A stretch of DNA of 63,019 nucleotides from Bacilli bacterium (GCA_007117695.1 SKFZ01000014.1:1-63019), one strand, 5' to 3'; shown: positions 1-10,223, counted from the first letter of the stretch. The notes: a model not told the origin generated them from the sequence alone. A program made the numbers and translations.

Positions 1-220
1 CACTTGGTTCTGCAAACAACATAAAACCAAGTAGAAAACCTAGATAAACACCTAGTCCTCCTAGTCTTGGCATAATTTTAGTATGTACTTTTCTTTTGTC
101 CGGTACATCAACAGCATTTATATGTAAAGCAACACCTTTTATATAAGGTGTTATCAAGGTAACAAAAATAAAAATTGATGAGGATATAGCTAAAGCTCTT
201 ACAATGATTTCGTCTAACAT
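1..220 (-). CDS. Glycosyltransferase family 4 (TagO/WecA/MraY-like undecaprenyl-phosphate sugar-phosphate transferase), N-terminal fragment; continues beyond the window
   Basis: My own translation of the minus strand from ATG at 220: MLDEIIVRALAISSSIFIFVTLITPYIKGVALHINAVDVPDKRKVHTKIMPRLGGLGVYLGF. The DxPxxRKxH...PRLGG signature is typical of this family. Confidence 0.6.
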   Translation of the reverse strand, partial: MLDEIIVRALAISSSIFIFVTLITPYIKGVALHINAVDVPDKRKVHTKIMPRLGGLGVYLGFLLGFMLFAEPS

Positions 221-248
221 AATTTTTCACCTACAAAAATTATACCAC

Positions 249-275
249 AAAAAAAGAAACCTACAAAGGTTTCTA
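249..275 (-). terminator. Intrinsic terminator of mreB
   Basis: Minus strand reads AGAAACCTTTGTAGGTTTCT followed by TTTTTTT. The hairpin overlaps the mreB stop codon. Confidence 0.75.
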
Positions 276-1262
276 CTTATCTACTAAGTGTAAGTTGTCA
301 AGTAACAACCCTGTTCCTTCTGCAACACAAGTAAGTGGGCTTTCTGCCATAAATACAGGAACCTTTAGTTCGTGTGCTAATAGTTGGTCAAAACCAGCCA
401 TTAATGCTCCACCACCTGTTATAACAATCCCTTTGTCAATTATATCTGCTGATAACTCTGGAGGAGTTTGTTCAAGAACTGACTTTGCAGAATTAACTAT
501 AATATAAACGCTTTCCCTTAGTGCTTCTTCAACTTCATCTGAAGTTATAGTTATTGTATGCGGAAGTCCAGTAACCAAATCTCTGCCTCTTACGTCCATC
601 TTGTCTTGCTTTAAATTTGGAAACACTGTTCCGATAGTGAGTTTTATTTCTTCTGCGGTTCTATCTCCAATTAAAAGTTTGTATTTCTCTTTTATATACT
701 TAATTATGTCATTATCAAAGACGTTTCCTGCCACTTTTATCGAGGAAGATGTTACTATTCCACCTAATGATAAAATTGCTATATCGGTAGTTCCACCACC
801 AACATCGATTACCATGTTTCCGCTCGGCTTAGATATATCCATCCCCGCTCCAATTGCAGCCACTTTAGGTTCTTCTGCTAAAAAAACTTTTCTAGCACCT
901 GTTCTTTCTGCTGCTTCTTTTATAGCGTTTTTTTCTACTTGCGTAATGTTCGATGGACAGCAAATCAAAATTCTAGGCCTTGATAAAAAACTTTTACCAT
1001 TGACTTTTCTAATAAAGTGATTTAGCATTATTTCGGTAATTTCAAAGTCCGCAATAACGCCATCTTTCATCGGTCTAATCGCTTTTACTCTCCCTGGCGT
1101 TCTCCCAAGCATTTCACGAGCTTCAGACCCAACAGCCAAAGCTTTTTTTGTTTCTGAATCTATAGCTACTACGCTTGGCTCATTAAGAACAATTCCTTGC
1201 CCTTTAATATATATAAGTATATTTGCGGTACCTAAATCAATACCAATATCTTTTGCAAACAT
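273..1262 (-). CDS. mreB: Rod-shape determining actin homologue MreB
   Basis: Contains MFAKDIGIDLGTANILIY and DVGGGTTDIA actin-fold phosphate motifs. SD GAAAGAGG lies upstream of ATG at 1262; the ORF-track start at 1325 is an extension. Confidence 0.9.
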   Translation of the reverse strand: MFAKDIGIDLGTANILIYIKGQGIVLNEPSVVAIDSETKKALAVGSEAREMLGRTPGRVKAIRPMKDGVIADFEITEIMLNHFIRKVNGKSFLSRPRILICCPSNITQVEKNAIKEAAERTGARKVFLAEEPKVAAIGAGMDISKPSGNMVIDVGGGTTDIAILSLGGIVTSSSIKVAGNVFDNDIIKYIKEKYKLLIGDRTAEEIKLTIGTVFPNLKQDKMDVRGRDLVTGLPHTITITSDEVEEALRESVYIIVNSAKSVLEQTPPELSADIIDKGIVITGGGALMAGFDQLLAHELKVPVFMAESPLTCVAEGTGLLLDNLHLVDK

Positions 1263-1296
1263 GACATCGCCTCTTTCTCGAATAATTATAACATTT

Positions 1297-1491
1297 TTAT
1301 GATGCAGTTGATATGAAAAAATCATAGAAAAAATTTGTTACTAAATATGACATTGCAATTACTAATATTAAATATGCAATTTTTGCTTGATTGTTTCTAT
1401 TTTTTTTAAATATTTTGTTAATGTTTATACTGTCAAACGCCCACACAACAATTGGAACAATCAATAAATACAACATTGCTTTAACTGACAT
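1297..1491 (-). CDS. Small two-TM membrane protein, DUF1146 (YwzB-like)
   Basis: 64-66 aa hydrophobic ORF overlapping the rpiB stop. The pattern LLIVPIVVWAF...NQAKIAYLILVIAMSYLVTNFF resembles DUF1146. Confidence 0.45.
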   Translation of the reverse strand: MSVKAMLYLLIVPIVVWAFDSININKIFKKNRNNQAKIAYLILVIAMSYLVTNFFYDFFISTAS

Positions 1492-1915
1492 TGTCAATCA
1501 TCTCTACTCTTCTATTATGTCGTTCTTCGTTCGAAAAAGGTGTGTTTATGAAAATATCGACAATTTTTATAGCATCTTCTATTTTAATATCTGATGACAA
1601 AGCTAATACATTTGCATCATTATGCAATCTCGACATTTTAGCTTCATCTACGCTTTGGACTTTAGCACACCTTGCACCTCTTACCTTATTACAAGCGATA
1701 GAAACACCTATCCCTGTTTTACAAATAACAATTCCAAAATCAGACTCTTTTGAAGACACAGATTTCCCTACACTTTGGGCATATTGTGGATAATCTACAC
1801 TTTCATCAGAATTAGTCCCTTTATCAATGGTTTTGACGCCTTTTGAGACTAAGTATCTTCTTATTAACTCTTTTAATTCATAACCTCTATGATCAGACCC
1901 TAAAGAAACTAACAT
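1481..1915 (-). CDS. rpiB: Ribose-5-phosphate isomerase B (LacAB/RpiB family)
   Basis: N-terminus GSDHRGYELK and motifs ICKTGIGVSIACNK and ERHNRRV. Confidence 0.85.
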   Translation of the reverse strand: MLVSLGSDHRGYELKELIRRYLVSKGVKTIDKGTNSDESVDYPQYAQSVGKSVSSKESDFGIVICKTGIGVSIACNKVRGARCAKVQSVDEAKMSRLHNDANVLALSSDIKIEDAIKIVDIFINTPFSNEERHNRRVEMIDNVS

Positions 1916-1924
1916 ATTACACCT

Positions 1925-3148
1925 CTACTTATTTTTTTTATAATATTTTGTAAAATTTCTATACTCCGTAGCCTTTAATCTCATGACTACCAAAAATCTT
2001 TTAAAACTCATGTCTTTTTTATAAAAAATAGTTCCCCCACACTTCATTTTTAAAATGAGGTTCTCAACTTTCGATTTCCATTTCTTATTTATCTTACGCA
2101 TTAATACAATTTTCGGTATAGAGTGCCATAACCACTCATTTTCATTATAAACTGGTTCACTATCTTTGTTTAAGACTAAGTCTTCAACAATAAACCTTGA
2201 TAAATTTAACCCCGCACCTGTAACATAATAGCTGCTTCTTCCTTGACGAACATTTATTTCAAATAATTTATATTTTTTATCTCTATAATCATATTTCATA
2301 TCAATATTTGCATAACCAACATAACCAAATGATTCTAAAAACTTTTTCATTTTTTCATAAATTGCTTTATCATGATCAGCCATAATAGTAACATAGTTAC
2401 CTATTTCAGTTGGAAAAGGATTTTGAAGTAAAACATGTCCTAATGACATCATTTTCACTTTTCCTTTTCTATTTGAGTATGTGTTTAGTACATATGAATA
2501 ACTATCGTCACCAGGAATATATTCTTGAATGATAAGATCGCCTCTATACTCTGAACTATATATCTCATAAATTGCTATCTCAAGTTGTTTAGAATTATCA
2601 ATTTTATAAGCCTTTTTCTTGCCTGGAAAATTAATATTAGAGTAAGAAATGCTATCTGCAGCTTTTAGCATTACTGGGAAATCAATGTCTAAAACATAAT
2701 TTTCCCTACTTTCAAAATTTATTATCATTGTTTTTGGATAGTCTAACCCATACTTTTCACAAGTTTTATAAAACTTGTCCTTATCTTCTAAACTCACTCT
2801 TTGATTTTCACTTAAAGTCGAAGTGTAAAAATACTTGCTTAAAAACTTTTGATTTTGAATGATAAGCCTAGCATACAGATCTCCACAAGGTATTAAAATT
2901 AATTTTTCATAGTTTTGGTGATGCTTTCTATATATTTCTAGCATTTTTTTCAAAAAAACTTCGGTATTTTGAATTCCTTCGCAATTATCCGAAAAGACAA
3001 TTTTACTTTCACTAGATTCTATATATTTTGCAGTTCGTTTTTTTCCAACAGAAACCGATATCACACCATATTCCTCATGAAATGATCTAGCCATCCCATA
3101 TACATTAGCATCGCTTCCTAACAATATTGGTAAAAATTGTTTTTTCAT
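1925..3148 (-). CDS. ATP-grasp carboxylate-amine ligase (COG3919-like; D-aspartate-ligase-like)
   Basis: N-terminus ILLGSDANVYGMARSFHEEYG and central ATP-grasp signature LIIQEYIPGDD...FEINVRQGRSSYY. ATG at 3148. Confidence 0.6.
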   Translation of the reverse strand: MKKQFLPILLGSDANVYGMARSFHEEYGVISVSVGKKRTAKYIESSESKIVFSDNCEGIQNTEVFLKKMLEIYRKHHQNYEKLILIPCGDLYARLIIQNQKFLSKYFYTSTLSENQRVSLEDKDKFYKTCEKYGLDYPKTMIINFESRENYVLDIDFPVMLKAADSISYSNINFPGKKKAYKIDNSKQLEIAIYEIYSSEYRGDLIIQEYIPGDDSYSYVLNTYSNRKGKVKMMSLGHVLLQNPFPTEIGNYVTIMADHDKAIYEKMKKFLESFGYVGYANIDMKYDYRDKKYKLFEINVRQGRSSYYVTGAGLNLSRFIVEDLVLNKDSEPVYNENEWLWHSIPKIVLMRKINKKWKSKVENLILKMKCGGTIFYKKDMSFKRFLVVMRLKATEYRNFTKYYKKNK

Positions 3149-3203
3149 ACTTATCATCTCCATTAATATTATAACATGATACATTTATTTAAAACAATAA
3201 AAT

Positions 3204-3229
3204 ACAAAAAAAGTAGATATATTCTACTT
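3204..3229 (-). terminator. Intrinsic terminator of rpmE
   Basis: Minus strand AGTAGAATATATCTACT followed by TTTTTTT; overlaps the rpmE stop. Confidence 0.7.
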
Positions 3230-3427
3230 TTCAAGTCCGTACTTACGGTTAAATTTCTCAACATTTCCTGTTTTTTTACTTTTTCCTTGTTGTCCAGTGT
3301 AAAATGGATGGCAGTTACTACAAACCTCTACTTGAAGTTCCTCTTTGTTTGATTTAACTTCAAACTCGCTACCACATGAGCATTTCACATGAGTATCAAC
3401 AAATGATATACTTTTTTCTTTTTTCAT
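3224..3427 (-). CDS. rpmE: 50S ribosomal protein L31, zinc-binding type A
   Basis: MKKEKSISFVDTHVKCSCGSEFEV...CSNCHPFYTGQQ. Both Cys pairs are present. Confidence 0.9.
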   Translation of the reverse strand: MKKEKSISFVDTHVKCSCGSEFEVKSNKEELQVEVCSNCHPFYTGQQGKSKKTGNVEKFNRKYGLEK

Positions 3428-3482
3428 ACGTATTACTCCTTCCGCCATGATTTAATTAAATCATAGTAATTTGTGCTTATTA

Positions 3483-3511
3483 ATTATAACAATAATTATA
3501 TTGTTTTGCAA
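3483..3511 (-). promoter_or_regulatory. Sigma-A type promoter of rpmE
   Basis: Minus strand TTGCAA, 17 nt spacer, TATAAT. Confidence 0.6.
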
Positions 3512-3518
3512 GAAGAAA

Positions 3519-4772
3519 TTAAACTTCTTCTATTTTTATATCTGCTCCAATATTTTGAAGCTTTTCTACTATATTTTCATATCCTCTAAGAATGTGCTGT
3601 GCATCCTCAATCACGGTTGTACCATCAGCAAATAAAGCAGCAAGAACAAGGCAAGCTCCAGCTCTCAAATCCGTTGCTCTAACCGTTGTACCTTTAAATT
3701 TTGTTGGTCCTGTAATTTTAATTGTTTGACCTTTAACTCTTATCTTCCCCCCCATATCGATTAAATATGGAACGTGTTGAAATCTATTTTCATAAATTGT
3801 TTCTTCAAGCTCACTTGTACCTTTTATCATCATTAAAAGTGGCGTTATTGGTTGTTGTAAATCAGTTGGGAACCCTGGATAAACTTGAGTCCTAACAATA
3901 ACCGGTCTTTCAACTTTACTCTTTTTAACAGTTATTGAGTCAACCTCATCATCAACATCATAACCTAACTCAAACAATTTAATTAGTAACGAGTCAAGGT
4001 GTCTTGGTATTAGATCTTTTACTTTTACATTTTTTCCTACCATCGCAGATAAAACAACATAAGTCCCAGCTTCTATTCTGTCAGGGATAACTTCAGTGTT
4101 ACAACCTTTTAGTTCTTTAACACCGGTAATCCTTATTTCAGCAGTTCCAGCTCCAGTTATTTTGGCCCCCATATTATTTAAAAAAGTTGCTACATTAGAT
4201 ATTTCAGGCTCCTTAGCAGCATTCTCTATTACTGTTTCACCTTCAGCCATAACAGCAGCAAACATAATATTAATAGTTGCACCAACACTTGGAAAATCTA
4301 AATATATTTCATTTCCTTTAAGCTTTTTTGCGCTTATAGTATACTTATTTCCATCTTCCTTAATTTTAGCGCCTAGAGCCTCAAAGCCTTTTAAATGTAA
4401 GTCAATCGGTCTAGAGCCAATTGAACATCCACCTGGAAAATACATTTCAACTTCCCTATATCTACCTAGTAAGGCTCCCATAAAATAATATGAAGCTCTT
4501 AATTTTTTTGAAATATCTTCTGAAATAACTAATTTTTTTACTTTTGAAGTGTCTATTTCGAGTGTAGAGTTTCCCCTTCTCACTTTAGCACCAAGATTAT
4601 CTAAAATTTCTGACAAAGAATCAATATCTGAGATATTTGGAACATTCTCTATTGTCACTTTATCTTTAGCTAATATTGAAGCAGGAACAAGCGCTAAAGC
4701 ACTATTTTTTGCTCCACTTACACTTATTTCACCTTTTAATTCTTTTTTGCCTCTTATAATGATTTTTTTCAT
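3519..4772 (-). CDS. murA: UDP-N-acetylglucosamine 1-carboxyvinyltransferase
   Basis: 417 aa. SGAKNSAL N-terminal motif and catalytic-loop Cys in PGGCSIGSRPIDLHL. Confidence 0.95.
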   Translation of the reverse strand: MKKIIIRGKKELKGEISVSGAKNSALALVPASILAKDKVTIENVPNISDIDSLSEILDNLGAKVRRGNSTLEIDTSKVKKLVISEDISKKLRASYYFMGALLGRYREVEMYFPGGCSIGSRPIDLHLKGFEALGAKIKEDGNKYTISAKKLKGNEIYLDFPSVGATINIMFAAVMAEGETVIENAAKEPEISNVATFLNNMGAKITGAGTAEIRITGVKELKGCNTEVIPDRIEAGTYVVLSAMVGKNVKVKDLIPRHLDSLLIKLFELGYDVDDEVDSITVKKSKVERPVIVRTQVYPGFPTDLQQPITPLLMMIKGTSELEETIYENRFQHVPYLIDMGGKIRVKGQTIKITGPTKFKGTTVRATDLRAGACLVLAALFADGTTVIEDAQHILRGYENIVEKLQNIGADIKIEEV

Positions 4773-4780
4773 GTTTCCTC

Positions 4781-5629
4781 CTATGCTTTATTATTAGAAC
4801 CTAATAATTTTATTTTATCTCTAACAGCTTTTTTTAGACTAATTTCCCCAGATTTAATAACCTTTCTTGGGTCATATACATCTTTATTTTTTGTAACGAA
4901 TTTTACTACATCATTGTGCCACGTTATTTGAAGCTCTGTGTTGATGTTTATTTTGCAAATCCCATTATTAATAGCTTCTCTAATAAGATTGTCCGGAATA
5001 CCACTTCCTCCATGTAATACTAGGGGAATTCTAGTTAACTCCTTTATTTTATTCATTCTAATAAAGTCTAACTTCGGTTCGCCATCATAAAGTCCATGAA
5101 CACTCCCCAAAGCAGGAGCAAATAAATCTACATTTGTTTGTTTATATAATTCAACAGCGTCTTCAACTTTGGCGTAAGCTACATCTGCAACAACTCCATC
5201 TTCTTCGCCGCCGATATGACCTACCTCTGCTTCTACTGTAACTCCTCTTTTGTGAGCATAGTCAACAACTTCTTTAGTAATTTTTATATTTTTTTCTAAC
5301 TCATATTTTGAAGCATCTATCATAACCGAAGGAAACCCAGAATCTATGGCTTTTTTACAACTTTCAAAGCTGCTACCATGATCTAAATGCAAGCAAACTG
5401 GAATGTTTATCTTTAATTCTTCGATTAAAGATTTTACTATAGCAACAACAACGCCATATCCTCCCATGTATTTTGCAGCCCCTTCACTAACGCCCAAAAT
5501 AACAGGGGATTGCTGTTCTTCACAGACTTCTAAAATAAATTTAGCCCACTCTAAGTTATTTATATTAAATTGTGGAATAGAATATTTCTCTTCCATTGCT
5601 TTATTAAGTATTTTTTTTGTATTTTCCAT
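4781..5629 (-). CDS. fba: Class II fructose-1,6-bisphosphate aldolase
   Basis: QFNINNLEW, LHLDHG and LVLHGGSG motifs. Confidence 0.9.
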   Translation of the reverse strand: MENTKKILNKAMEEKYSIPQFNINNLEWAKFILEVCEEQQSPVILGVSEGAAKYMGGYGVVVAIVKSLIEELKINIPVCLHLDHGSSFESCKKAIDSGFPSVMIDASKYELEKNIKITKEVVDYAHKRGVTVEAEVGHIGGEEDGVVADVAYAKVEDAVELYKQTNVDLFAPALGSVHGLYDGEPKLDFIRMNKIKELTRIPLVLHGGSGIPDNLIREAINNGICKININTELQITWHNDVVKFVTKNKDVYDPRKVIKSGEISLKKAVRDKIKLLGSNNKA

Positions 5630-5682
5630 CTAATCACCCATAACAATTATATATTTTTTTTAGAAAAAACGCAATAAAGCTG

Positions 5683-6117
5683 TTATTTATGATAAGACTC
5701 ATTGTTTTCAATCTTAAACGCTCTATATAATTGCTCTAAAAACATTATTTTAAAAAGTTTATGTGGGAAAGTTAATTTTGAAAAAGAGATTTTATAATCA
5801 CACCTTTTCAACACATCTTCCCCTAGTCCATAAGAACCGCCAATAACAAAAGTGATGTTTGTATTGCTAGCTAACTTATTATTTATAAATTTTGATAACT
5901 CCACAGAGTCATACTGCTTTCCATTAATGTCAAGGCCAATAACGGTATCTTTTTCTTTTATTGATTTCATTATTTTTTCTGACTCTTCTTCGATATCACT
6001 ATCTTTTATTTCAATTACTTTTAAATTCACATATCTTGATAATCTTTTAACATACTCATCACTTGCATCATTGAAGTAATTTTCTTTTGTTTTTCCAACT
6101 ACTATTAATTTTATCAT
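5683..6117 (-). CDS. rlmH: 23S rRNA (pseudouridine1915-N3)-methyltransferase RlmH (SPOUT)
   Basis: MIKLIVVGKTKE...FVIGGSYGL...SFSKLTFPH...EQLYRAF. Confidence 0.85.
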   Translation of the reverse strand: MIKLIVVGKTKENYFNDASDEYVKRLSRYVNLKVIEIKDSDIEEESEKIMKSIKEKDTVIGLDINGKQYDSVELSKFINNKLASNTNITFVIGGSYGLGEDVLKRCDYKISFSKLTFPHKLFKIMFLEQLYRAFKIENNESYHK

Positions 6118-6878
6118 ATTTCACAAACCTCAGTACTATTGTCAAAAGTAGAAATAATAATTTTATCTACTTTCTTATTAACTTTAACAAGGCCTTGCTC
6201 CAATGTTTTTAGTGCTAAATCAGGGGTATTATTATTTTCGCTCAAATGGAATAAAATAATACACTTTGTTTTTGAACCTACAAAATTACATAAGTATTTG
6301 GCGCTTGTTTCATTTGACATATGCCCTTCATCACTTAAAACTCTTCTTTTTAAGTGATGTGGATAATTCCCATTCATAAGCATTTCTACATCATGATTAC
6401 TTTCAAATATATATATATCTTTATTCAAAAGTTTTTTGAAGTTTTTTTCGTTTATGTATCCAGTGTCTGTAACATAAGCAATTTCTTTTCCATTTTTTTC
6501 AAATACATATAAATTCACATCGCCACTGTCATGAGATCCTTTTAAAACTGTTGTTTTTAATTCTCTTAAGCAAATAGACTCATTAATAAAAACAACTCGA
6601 TCTAAATCAAGGATATTCTTAATATAATCATACATGCTTGCCGTTAAAACTACTTTTACGTCTGTTTTTTTTAATAGCTGTCTTAGCCCTGCGACATGAT
6701 CATCATGTATATGCGTTATAAATACATATTCTATATTTACCCCTTCATATCCAATGTTTTTCAATCTACTTAAAATCTTTTTATAACTTATCCCTGCATC
6801 TATTAAAATTTTTAGGTCACCAAAGTCTATAAAAGTACAATTTCCTTTACTACCTGATGCTAAAACTGATAATTTCAT
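6114..6878 (-). CDS. MBL-fold metallo-hydrolase (YycJ/WalJ-like)
   Basis: ITHIHDDHVAG metal-binding motif. ATGA overlap with the rlmH start. Confidence 0.7.
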   Translation of the reverse strand: MKLSVLASGSKGNCTFIDFGDLKILIDAGISYKKILSRLKNIGYEGVNIEYVFITHIHDDHVAGLRQLLKKTDVKVVLTASMYDYIKNILDLDRVVFINESICLRELKTTVLKGSHDSGDVNLYVFEKNGKEIAYVTDTGYINEKNFKKLLNKDIYIFESNHDVEMLMNGNYPHHLKRRVLSDEGHMSNETSAKYLCNFVGSKTKCIILFHLSENNNTPDLALKTLEQGLVKVNKKVDKIIISTFDNSTEVCEI

Positions 6879-6885
6879 CTTATTC

Positions 6886-6909
6886 CTCCTTAAATAGAAA
6901 AAAGGGAAT
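6886..6909 (-). terminator. Intrinsic terminator of the M23 peptidase gene
   Basis: Minus strand AAGGGAATGCATTCCCTT followed by a T-run. Confidence 0.75.
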
Positions 6910-6917
6910 GCATTCCC

Positions 6918-8378
6918 TTATCTATATAGATCCCATGGATTAATTGTTTGACCTCCACCGCCAAATGGGGCTCCTCTAAATACTGAGAAATGCAAGTGGA
7001 CACCGGTTGCAAGTCCAGTACGTCCCATATAACCAACAACTTCTCTTTTTTGAACAACATCTCCAACATTTACATTAATCTTATTTAGATGCGAGTACAA
7101 AGTATAATATCCATTATTATGATTTATTACTACTGTTAATCCGTACGATGAGTAATAGCCTGCATTTACAACCTCGCCGTTATTTGCAGCGTATATATTA
7201 GAACCAAGTCCTGTTCCTGCTAAATCAATACCATTGTGGAATTCACGAGTTCCTCTAATAGGATGGATTCGATATCCATAATTAGAAGTTAAACGCCATC
7301 CAGGATTAGTAGGCCATACCCAGTCACCATAGGCAACTCTAGTAGGTACTCTTCTTTGTCCTATTCTAATAACTTCATTAACAGGCGCCACAATTTCTTC
7401 TTTACTTTCTGGATCAGATACAATCGTAATTGTTCCATTTACAGAAGTAACTTTTTGTGAAACTCTTACAACACCTTTTTCTCCTTCTCGCTCAACAGTT
7501 GACTGATTTTCATATAAATTAGGGTCTAATATATAATCCGTTTCATAATCACTATCTAAGTCTTCAACTATGTGCTCCAACATTACCACCCTTAATTGTG
7601 GATCTGTTTGGCTTATTTGAACTTCTTGACCAGGATACAATAAACTCCTAGGGCTTCTAATGTCTTGGTTATTAATCATAAACTCTTCGACACTTATTTC
7701 ATGATCAAAAGATACGCTTTCAATGGTGTCGCCGTCTTTTACTATGTAAGTTTCTTGCGTATTATCTTCTGCAAACAAAAGATAATGCGCTAATTCTTGT
7801 GAATCATTAAAAATTTTCTGATCAACGGGTATTTTCATCTCTCTAACAGATATATCTTCTTCTACATATACTGTTTCTATAATTTTACCAGTATCAACAA
7901 TTTCTTCTTGCTCATCGTTCTTATATTTCTCATAGTTTTCACTACCTACAAAGGCTTTTATTGCTTCCTCTATAGCTTCTTTAAAAATTTTTTCATTTGT
8001 TACATAAACTCTTTGAGCTTCTTCTTCACCTCTTAGTGTGAATTGATAACCTTTAACAGTAAAAGGTTTTTCTTGTTCTATATATCCAAAAACTTCATCG
8101 ACGCTTATTGGTTCACCGTTAAATGTATTAACTCTCTTTATTTCAAGGCCATTTGGTTCATAAACATTATCCACCGAAAATGTTTCCTTATAATAATCCC
8201 CAGACATTTTTATTCTATTATAAAGTTCTTCCTCTGAGTTAATTACGCCTATAACTTTTTCATCCAAATATACTTTGTACATAACATTTGGTTCATGTAT
8301 TTGCCTATAATTAAAACCTAACAAGAAAACACTAACACTTAAAATAGAAACCATTAAAATGTTTTTTAGTTTCTTCAC
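6918..8378 (-). CDS. Secreted/anchored M23 family metallopeptidase with LysM-like and G5-like modules
   Basis: C-terminal HNGIDLAG...GVHLHFSV M23 motifs, N-terminal TM segment, GTG start after AGGTGA. Confidence 0.8.
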   Translation of the reverse strand: MKKLKNILMVSILSVSVFLLGFNYRQIHEPNVMYKVYLDEKVIGVINSEEELYNRIKMSGDYYKETFSVDNVYEPNGLEIKRVNTFNGEPISVDEVFGYIEQEKPFTVKGYQFTLRGEEEAQRVYVTNEKIFKEAIEEAIKAFVGSENYEKYKNDEQEEIVDTGKIIETVYVEEDISVREMKIPVDQKIFNDSQELAHYLLFAEDNTQETYIVKDGDTIESVSFDHEISVEEFMINNQDIRSPRSLLYPGQEVQISQTDPQLRVVMLEHIVEDLDSDYETDYILDPNLYENQSTVEREGEKGVVRVSQKVTSVNGTITIVSDPESKEEIVAPVNEVIRIGQRRVPTRVAYGDWVWPTNPGWRLTSNYGYRIHPIRGTREFHNGIDLAGTGLGSNIYAANNGEVVNAGYYSSYGLTVVINHNNGYYTLYSHLNKINVNVGDVVQKREVVGYMGRTGLATGVHLHFSVFRGAPFGGGGQTINPWDLYR

Positions 8379-8386
8379 TATATCAC

Positions 8387-9733
8387 CTATTCTTCTTTAT
8401 CTATATAATTTAAGAAAGTACTCATATTATCTTTAAATATCAATTCTACTTTGCCAGTAGGACCATTTCTATGCTTACCGATAATAAATTCACTTTTACA
8501 TACGTTATCGGCAATTTCATTTTCTTTATCTTTATTATAATAAGAATCTCTATACAAAAAAGCAACTAAATCTGCATCTTGCTCTATCGAACCAGATTCC
8601 CTTAAATCACTCAACATTGGTCTTTTATCTTCTCTTGCTTCAACAGACCTTGATAGTTGAGCTAATGCAATAACGGGAATATTTAATTCCATAGCTAACA
8701 TTTTTAAAGACCTTGAAATTTCTGAAACCTCTTGTTGTCTATTCCCTGCATATTTTGCAGTTCCACTAATAAGCTGCAAATAATCAATAATAACAATTCC
8801 AAGTCCATCTTCTGAACTTGCCAATCTTCTACATTTTGCTCTTATCTCGCTTATGTTCATACCAGGAGTGTCATCTACAAACAACTTGGTATCTGCAAGT
8901 ATACTAATTGCTTCGTTAACCTTTTTCCAGTCTTTGTTTTCTAATCTTCCGTTTCTAAGTCTATTACCTTCAATTTGTCCTACCGATGATAACATTCGCA
9001 TAGCAAGTTGCTCTGCTCCCATTTCCATATTGAAAATAGCAACTGTTTTTTCACTGTTTATAGCAATATTTGTTGCAACATTAAGTGCAAAAGCTGTTTT
9101 ACCCATCGCTGGTCTTGCTGCTACTATTATTAATTCGTTTTCATGAAACCCTGTCGTTATTCTATCAATATCATAAAAGCCTGAGGCCAAACCAGTGATT
9201 TCGCCTTTATTTTTAGCTAATTTTTCAAGATCGTCTTGAGTTTTACTAAGTACTTCCTGGATTGTTCTAAATTCTGATGCTTTTCTGTTTTTAACTACAT
9301 TTAAAATTCTTTGCTCAGCTTTATCTAAAATCTCATTAATATTTTCTTTAGGGTTGTAGCTTTCGCTAGCAATAGCAGATGTCTCTTTGATCAAATTTCT
9401 TAAAACTGCTTTTTCATTAACAATCCTTATATATTCATCAACATTTGCTGCTGATGGAACTGCATTTACAACTTCTGCTAAATAATCAACATCACCTACT
9501 TGAGATAACCATTCTTTATTTTTTAATTCTTCAGTTACCGTAGCAATATCAATTTCTATCTTTTTTTCATCTAGTTCCAAAAGCACAGTAAAGATTTTAC
9601 CATGCTTATCTAAATAAAACAAATCGACAGTTAAACCTTCCACAGCCTTTTGTAGCGCATATTTATTAATAAACATTGATCCTAAAACTGCTTGCTCTGC
9701 TTCTAAACTATGCGGCATTGTTCTTTCAATCAT
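8387..9733 (-). CDS. dnaB: Replicative DNA helicase (DnaB family; called DnaC in Bacillus)
   Basis: PHSLEAEQAVLG N-terminus, Walker A ARPAMGKTAF, IIDYLQL, and RSVEAREDKRPMLSDLRESGSIEQDAD. Confidence 0.95.
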   Translation of the reverse strand: MIERTMPHSLEAEQAVLGSMFINKYALQKAVEGLTVDLFYLDKHGKIFTVLLELDEKKIEIDIATVTEELKNKEWLSQVGDVDYLAEVVNAVPSAANVDEYIRIVNEKAVLRNLIKETSAIASESYNPKENINEILDKAEQRILNVVKNRKASEFRTIQEVLSKTQDDLEKLAKNKGEITGLASGFYDIDRITTGFHENELIIVAARPAMGKTAFALNVATNIAINSEKTVAIFNMEMGAEQLAMRMLSSVGQIEGNRLRNGRLENKDWKKVNEAISILADTKLFVDDTPGMNISEIRAKCRRLASSEDGLGIVIIDYLQLISGTAKYAGNRQQEVSEISRSLKMLAMELNIPVIALAQLSRSVEAREDKRPMLSDLRESGSIEQDADLVAFLYRDSYYNKDKENEIADNVCKSEFIIGKHRNGPTGKVELIFKDNMSTFLNYIDKEE

Positions 9734-9740
9734 TAGACAC

Positions 9741-10187
9741 CTAACTTTCTTTTTCTACTTTTATTTTTAATTTAGCAACTACATCTTTGTATAGTTCTAT
9801 TTCAACTAAGTGAAAGCCTAAACTTTCTATATTTTTTTCTATATTAATTTTTTTCTTATCAACTTCAAACCCTTTTTCTTTTAAAGTTAAAACAATTTGC
9901 TTACTACTAACACTTCCAAAAACCTTATCATTGTCTCCTGCTTTTAAGTTGAAAAATAACGTTTCACTTTCTAAAGCTTCTTTCTTTTTAATTGCTTCAG
10001 ATTTTTTCTTTTTTTGCATTTCTGCTTCTTTTTCATTATTTTTTTCTAAAAGGTCAACGTTGCTTTTAGTAGCAAGAACTGCGTACCCTTTTTTTATTAA
10101 AAAGTTTTTCCCAAATCCGTCTTTGACTTCTTTGATTTCCCCTTTACTTCCATGTCCTTTTACGTCTTTCATAAATATAACTTTCAT
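9741..10187 (-). CDS. rplI: 50S ribosomal protein L9
   Basis: [30 protein letters not shown]. Confidence 0.9.
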   Translation of the reverse strand: MKVIFMKDVKGHGSKGEIKEVKDGFGKNFLIKKGYAVLATKSNVDLLEKNNEKEAEMQKKKKSEAIKKKEALESETLFFNLKAGDNDKVFGSVSSKQIVLTLKEKGFEVDKKKINIEKNIESLGFHLVEIELYKDVVAKLKIKVEKES

Positions 10188-10223
10188 GCGCTCACCTCTT
10201 CAACTTTAATTATACTATATTTT

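Noticed and set aside
601-1020. 139-aa ORF antisense to mreB. Similar antisense ORFs occur at 4096-4488 (murA), 8853-9146 (dnaB), 45212-45601 (metG) and 61367-61771 (rpsC)
   Set aside because: These are shadow ORFs opposite strongly supported genes. They are low-complexity hydrophobic translations with no translation signals.
3447-3464. 18-bp perfect palindrome ATGATTTAATTAAATCAT in the rpmE leader as a Zur/Fur-type box
   Set aside because: This L31 is the zinc-binding (Cys-containing) form, which is not the paralogue normally repressed by Zur. The match to Fur-family 7-1-7 boxes is only loose. It may simply be a weak AU hairpin.
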